Assembly (NCBI GenBank): GCA_964551605.1
Contig: CAZKCV010000001.1
Span: forward strand, 1-59,991
Reading direction: 5' to 3'
Length of the DNA stretch: 59,991 bases
From: an uncultured Gammaproteobacteria bacterium
Lineage (GTDB): Bacteria > Patescibacteriota > Microgenomatia > Daviesbacterales > UBA10151
In this document: in pieces, positions 57,447 to 59,991 of the stretch
Layout: the number at the start of each line of letters is the position of its first letter
How positions within the stretch are numbered: position 1 is the stretch's first letter
Translations under genes and position numbers: made by a program
Notes under the pieces: model-generated
The model's database searches: none
Seen by the model: the letters and a program-made list of their open reading frames with translations, nothing else
What the model was told of the DNA's origin: nothing

Positions 57447-58452
57447 AATCTTCCCCCAGGAAGATATTTATTTCTGCCCGGAAAGATTCCAGGTTCGCGC
57501 TTGACGAGCTAATTTTATCATCTGAAGCAAATATTTGTTTGAGCCTTTTTAAGCTGTCGGATTTTTCACCATATAATATGGTCTTTTTTAGCTTTTCTTC
57601 CGCATTTGAAATAATGATGACATTCCCCCCTAAATTGGTGATTAGTCTGGCAGCCTTTTGGGCAATCAAAGGCCGGTTGGTAGCATTCCAGACCGCGATT
57701 GCTTTGTGTTCAAAAGCAAATGCCGGGTCTGCCAAATCAACTAAAACACTGTCGAGTTTCACAGGGTCTGCTGTTAGCACTTCAGTTCCGTCCGGCAGGG
57801 TTTCCTGATTTAAGATTTCAAATGTATCAAGGTTTATTTCGTTGACTTTGTCGAACCTGACGCCGGCTATGCCTAATTTAAGCCTGATCAACTCCCAGAG
57901 CGTCAGATCAGTTTTCAAGTTGGAAATCAAATTTAATCCCGAAAAAGGATTTTGCTTTAGCTCCCGGACAATCCCTGCTGCAGATTGATCTGACTTATTA
58001 CCGCTAAAATCAAGGAAGCCGTCAATCGGAATACCCAGGAAACTTCTCAGTGTATCTACCAGCAGCTGGTCCCCACCCAGCTTATACACTGCCCGAAGCT
58101 GCCAAAAACCATACCCTTTAGGCACTTCCAGGAAAGTCTCATCCGGAATATTCAAGATGGCAATTTTTTTCTCTACGGGGTTATATGAGAGTATTGAATT
58201 TCGATCAGTCCGCAGCAGCAGGTTGATGTTAAACTTGGCATCCCAAATGTAATTTCTCTCGGCCTTAACTGATAATTTCCAGGGGCTGAAAAGGCTTTGG
58301 GTAAAACGGATAGTCCAGGAGATAATCAATAAACCCGCCACCAACCCCAGAATTCCCAGGGCCAACTTTGTCTGCCTGATTCTCCTGGCTTTGGATTGAA
58401 CATCTTTCCAGCCTTTTTTACCGGAATTAGATGACCGATGTTTAGTGGGCAT
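57436..58452 (-). CDS. LytR/CpsA/Psr (LCP)-like protein with LytR C-terminal domain
   Basis: Basic N-terminus + TM; LNIPDET, LGIPIDG, TDLT; C-terminal AVWNAT..LA..AAR..NLGGNV. Confidence 0.7.
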   Translation of the reverse strand: MPTKHRSSNSGKKGWKDVQSKARRIRQTKLALGILGLVAGLLIISWTIRFTQSLFSPWKLSVKAERNYIWDAKFNINLLLRTDRNSILSYNPVEKKIAILNIPDETFLEVPKGYGFWQLRAVYKLGGDQLLVDTLRSFLGIPIDGFLDFSGNKSDQSAAGIVRELKQNPFSGLNLISNLKTDLTLWELIRLKLGIAGVRFDKVNEINLDTFEILNQETLPDGTEVLTADPVKLDSVLVDLADPAFAFEHKAIAVWNATNRPLIAQKAARLITNLGGNVIIISNAEEKLKKTILYGEKSDSLKRLKQIFASDDKISSSSANLESFRAEINIFLGEDFDK

Positions 58453-58532
58453 ATTTTTAGTGTACATAACAAGGGCTTGACCGCGCAATAGGTTACACTA
58501 TATGCTGAAAAAGAGAGGGGGTGAGTTTATTC

Positions 58533-58811
58533 ATGGATCCTAATAATCCGGGCGGAGCAAACCCGGCTGACTCAAATGCTCCAATGCAAGATCCTAATCA
58601 GGCTCCTGCAGCAGATCAGCAACCAACACCAGGCATGCCACCGGCTCCTGAGCCGCAACCTGAACCACAAGGTGAAGTCCCAGCTGCACCTTCAGGCGAT
58701 CAGGGCGGCGCTGACCAGCCGGCAGAACCGGCTGCTGATCAGGGCGTACCACCTGCACCAACACCTGAACAAGGCGGCGGTGAACAAGGCGGAAACGCAC
58801 CAGTAGTGTAA
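58533..58811 (+). CDS. Low-complexity Pro/Gln/Ala-rich acidic protein
   Basis: GGGGGTGA Shine-Dalgarno before ATG 58533; disordered composition. Confidence 0.6.
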   Translation: MDPNNPGGANPADSNAPMQDPNQAPAADQQPTPGMPPAPEPQPEPQGEVPAAPSGDQGGADQPAEPAADQGVPPAPTPEQGGGEQGGNAPVV

Positions 58812-58820
58812 AATAATCTA

Positions 58821-58863
58821 GGACACCTCCGAGGAGTAACTTCGTCACACCTCGGAGGTGGGA
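58821..58863. repeat. REP-like doublet overlapping the tgt stop
   Basis: GGACACCTCCGAGGAG .. CACACCTCGGAGGTGGGA. Confidence 0.65.
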
Positions 58864-59991
58864 TTTTTAAGGTATTCAGCTTTTAATTCCCTGAATTTTC
58901 CCTGCTTGATGGCTTTTCTCATATTCTCCATTAGATGAATTACAAAATACACGTTATGATGAGTAGCCAGCTGGTGGTACAGGATCTCATTAGCCATGTA
59001 AAGGTGGCGGAGATATGCTCTGGAAAAATTTTTACAAGTGTAACAACTGCAGCTTGAATCAATCGGCTTTTTATCAGTGGTAAATTTACCCTGCCTGATA
59101 TTCAAGGTAAAGCTATTGGCTCTTTTTCCGCCGGCTTGAGGTGAAATATACAAAGAGCCAAACCTGGCCCGTCTCATTGGTGCCACACAGTCAAAAAAAT
59201 CCATGCCCCCCTCAACTCCGTTAAACAGGTCTTCCACTTCCCCGATTCCCAGCAGGTGTTTAGGCTTGTCTTCCGAAACCTCACTAACCACCCATTCCAC
59301 AATCTTACAAAGGGTGGCCTTGTCCCCATAAATCCCGCCAATGGCAATGGCTTCAAAATTATCATCAGTAAACCGGGCAGACCTGATCCGCAGATCCTTG
59401 TGTATTCCGCCATGAACAACACCATAAAGTAAAGGTGCAGCTACATTTCCACCCTCCAGGTGGACTAGCTTGGCACCTACTCTTTTTTTATATTCTGCCA
59501 GGCTACGGAGCCCCCATCTTTCTGTCAGCTCTATGGACTCCAGCATTTGAGCCTTAGTGTGCTTTGCAGATTCATGATCATCAAAAGCCACAATTAAATC
59601 AGCTCCCAGCTGGCGTTGGATTTTGATTGACTTCTCGGGAGTTAAAATATACTTGGAGCCGTCTAGATGGGATTGAAAAGTAACCCCTTCTTCCGTAATT
59701 TTGTTTAACCTTGGCCTGCTTTTTACATTCTGAACTATGAATTCTGAATTCTGAATTTCTCGCAGCACTTTGCTGCTGCCATGCTCCAGTGCCACCCCCA
59801 GGGAATAAACCTGAAAGCCACCGGAATCAGTCATAACAGGTTTATCCCAACCCATGAACTGATGTAAACCACCAAACTTTTCTATTAAGTCCGCGCCCGG
59901 ACGGAGCATCAAATGATAAGTGTTAGCTAAAATAATCTGGCTGCCGATTTCCGAAAGCTCCCGGGGCCCCAGGGCTTTAACTGCACCTAAA
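58845..59991 (-). CDS. tgt: tRNA-guanine transglycosylase (5' end beyond the window)
   Basis: ANTYHLMLRPG, TDSGGFQ, GVVHGG, HLLGIG, DCV.P, CSCYTC..H zinc site; frame open to the window edge. Confidence 0.95.
   Translation of the reverse strand, partial: LGAVKALGPRELSEIGSQIILANTYHLMLRPGADLIEKFGGLHQFMGWDKPVMTDSGGFQVYSLGVALEHGSSKVLREIQNSEFIVQNVKSRPRLNKITEEGVTFQSHLDGSKYILTPEKSIKIQRQLGADLIVAFDDHESAKHTKAQMLESIELTERWGLRSLAEYKKRVGAKLVHLEGGNVAAPLLYGVVHGGIHKDLRIRSARFTDDNFEAIAIGGIYGDKATLCKIVEWVVSEVSEDKPKHLLGIGEVEDLFNGVEGGMDFFDCVAPMRRARFGSLYISPQAGGKRANSFTLNIRQGKFTTDKKPIDSSCSCYTCKNFSRAYLRHLYMANEILYHQLATHHNVYFVIHLMENMRKAIKQGKFRELKAEYLKNPTSEV
59447..59481. repeat. Family-2 REP inserted in frame in tgt
   Basis: Reverse complement AGTAGGTGCCAAGCTAGTCCACCTGGAGGGTGGAA; encodes VGAKLVHLEGG. 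Confidence 0.85.
59727..59758. repeat. In-frame heptamer tract (ATTCAGA)n in tgt
   Basis: Encodes IQNSEFIVQN. Confidence 0.7.

Overview
A 60 kb chromosomal segment that reads cleanly in the standard bacterial code. Gene content suggests a Patescibacteria/CPR bacterium, probably Microgenomates-like (inferred from compact operons, a type IV pilus locus with no secretin, a truncated HolB and CPR-style pilins). Contents in order: (1) a four-helix-bundle pseudogene and an AbiEii-type TA pair; (2) recG-rpmF-nusB-acp-like-rnc-rpsP-khpA-trmD; (3) a 14 kb type IV pilus locus (pilB, pilT, pilC, pilD, ten pilin-like genes, pilM/N/O); (4) holB, gyrB, murC, a MurL-MurD fusion, a histidine phosphatase, alr, ddl, a broken VanX-like dipeptidase, def, gyrA; (5) small membrane genes and two large ORFans; (6) a region between two tyrosine recombinases with two anchored cohesin-like proteins, a 1132-aa dockerin-bearing surface protein with two paralogous neighbours, and two putative nucleases; (7) ruvC, yebC, a TPR protein, an LCP-like protein and a partial tgt. 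Two signals stand out. First, three divergent REP-associated HUH tyrosine transposases, each with its own flanking palindrome, plus many short palindromes and heptamer tracts sitting in frame inside essential genes (recG, trmD, pilD, holB, murC, murL-murD, alr, def, gyrA, yebC, tgt). Second, a putative cohesin-dockerin surface-assembly system in an organism with no cellulases in this window. No rRNA, tRNA or CRISPR array was seen. All assignments come from motif recognition by eye; no database searches were run.
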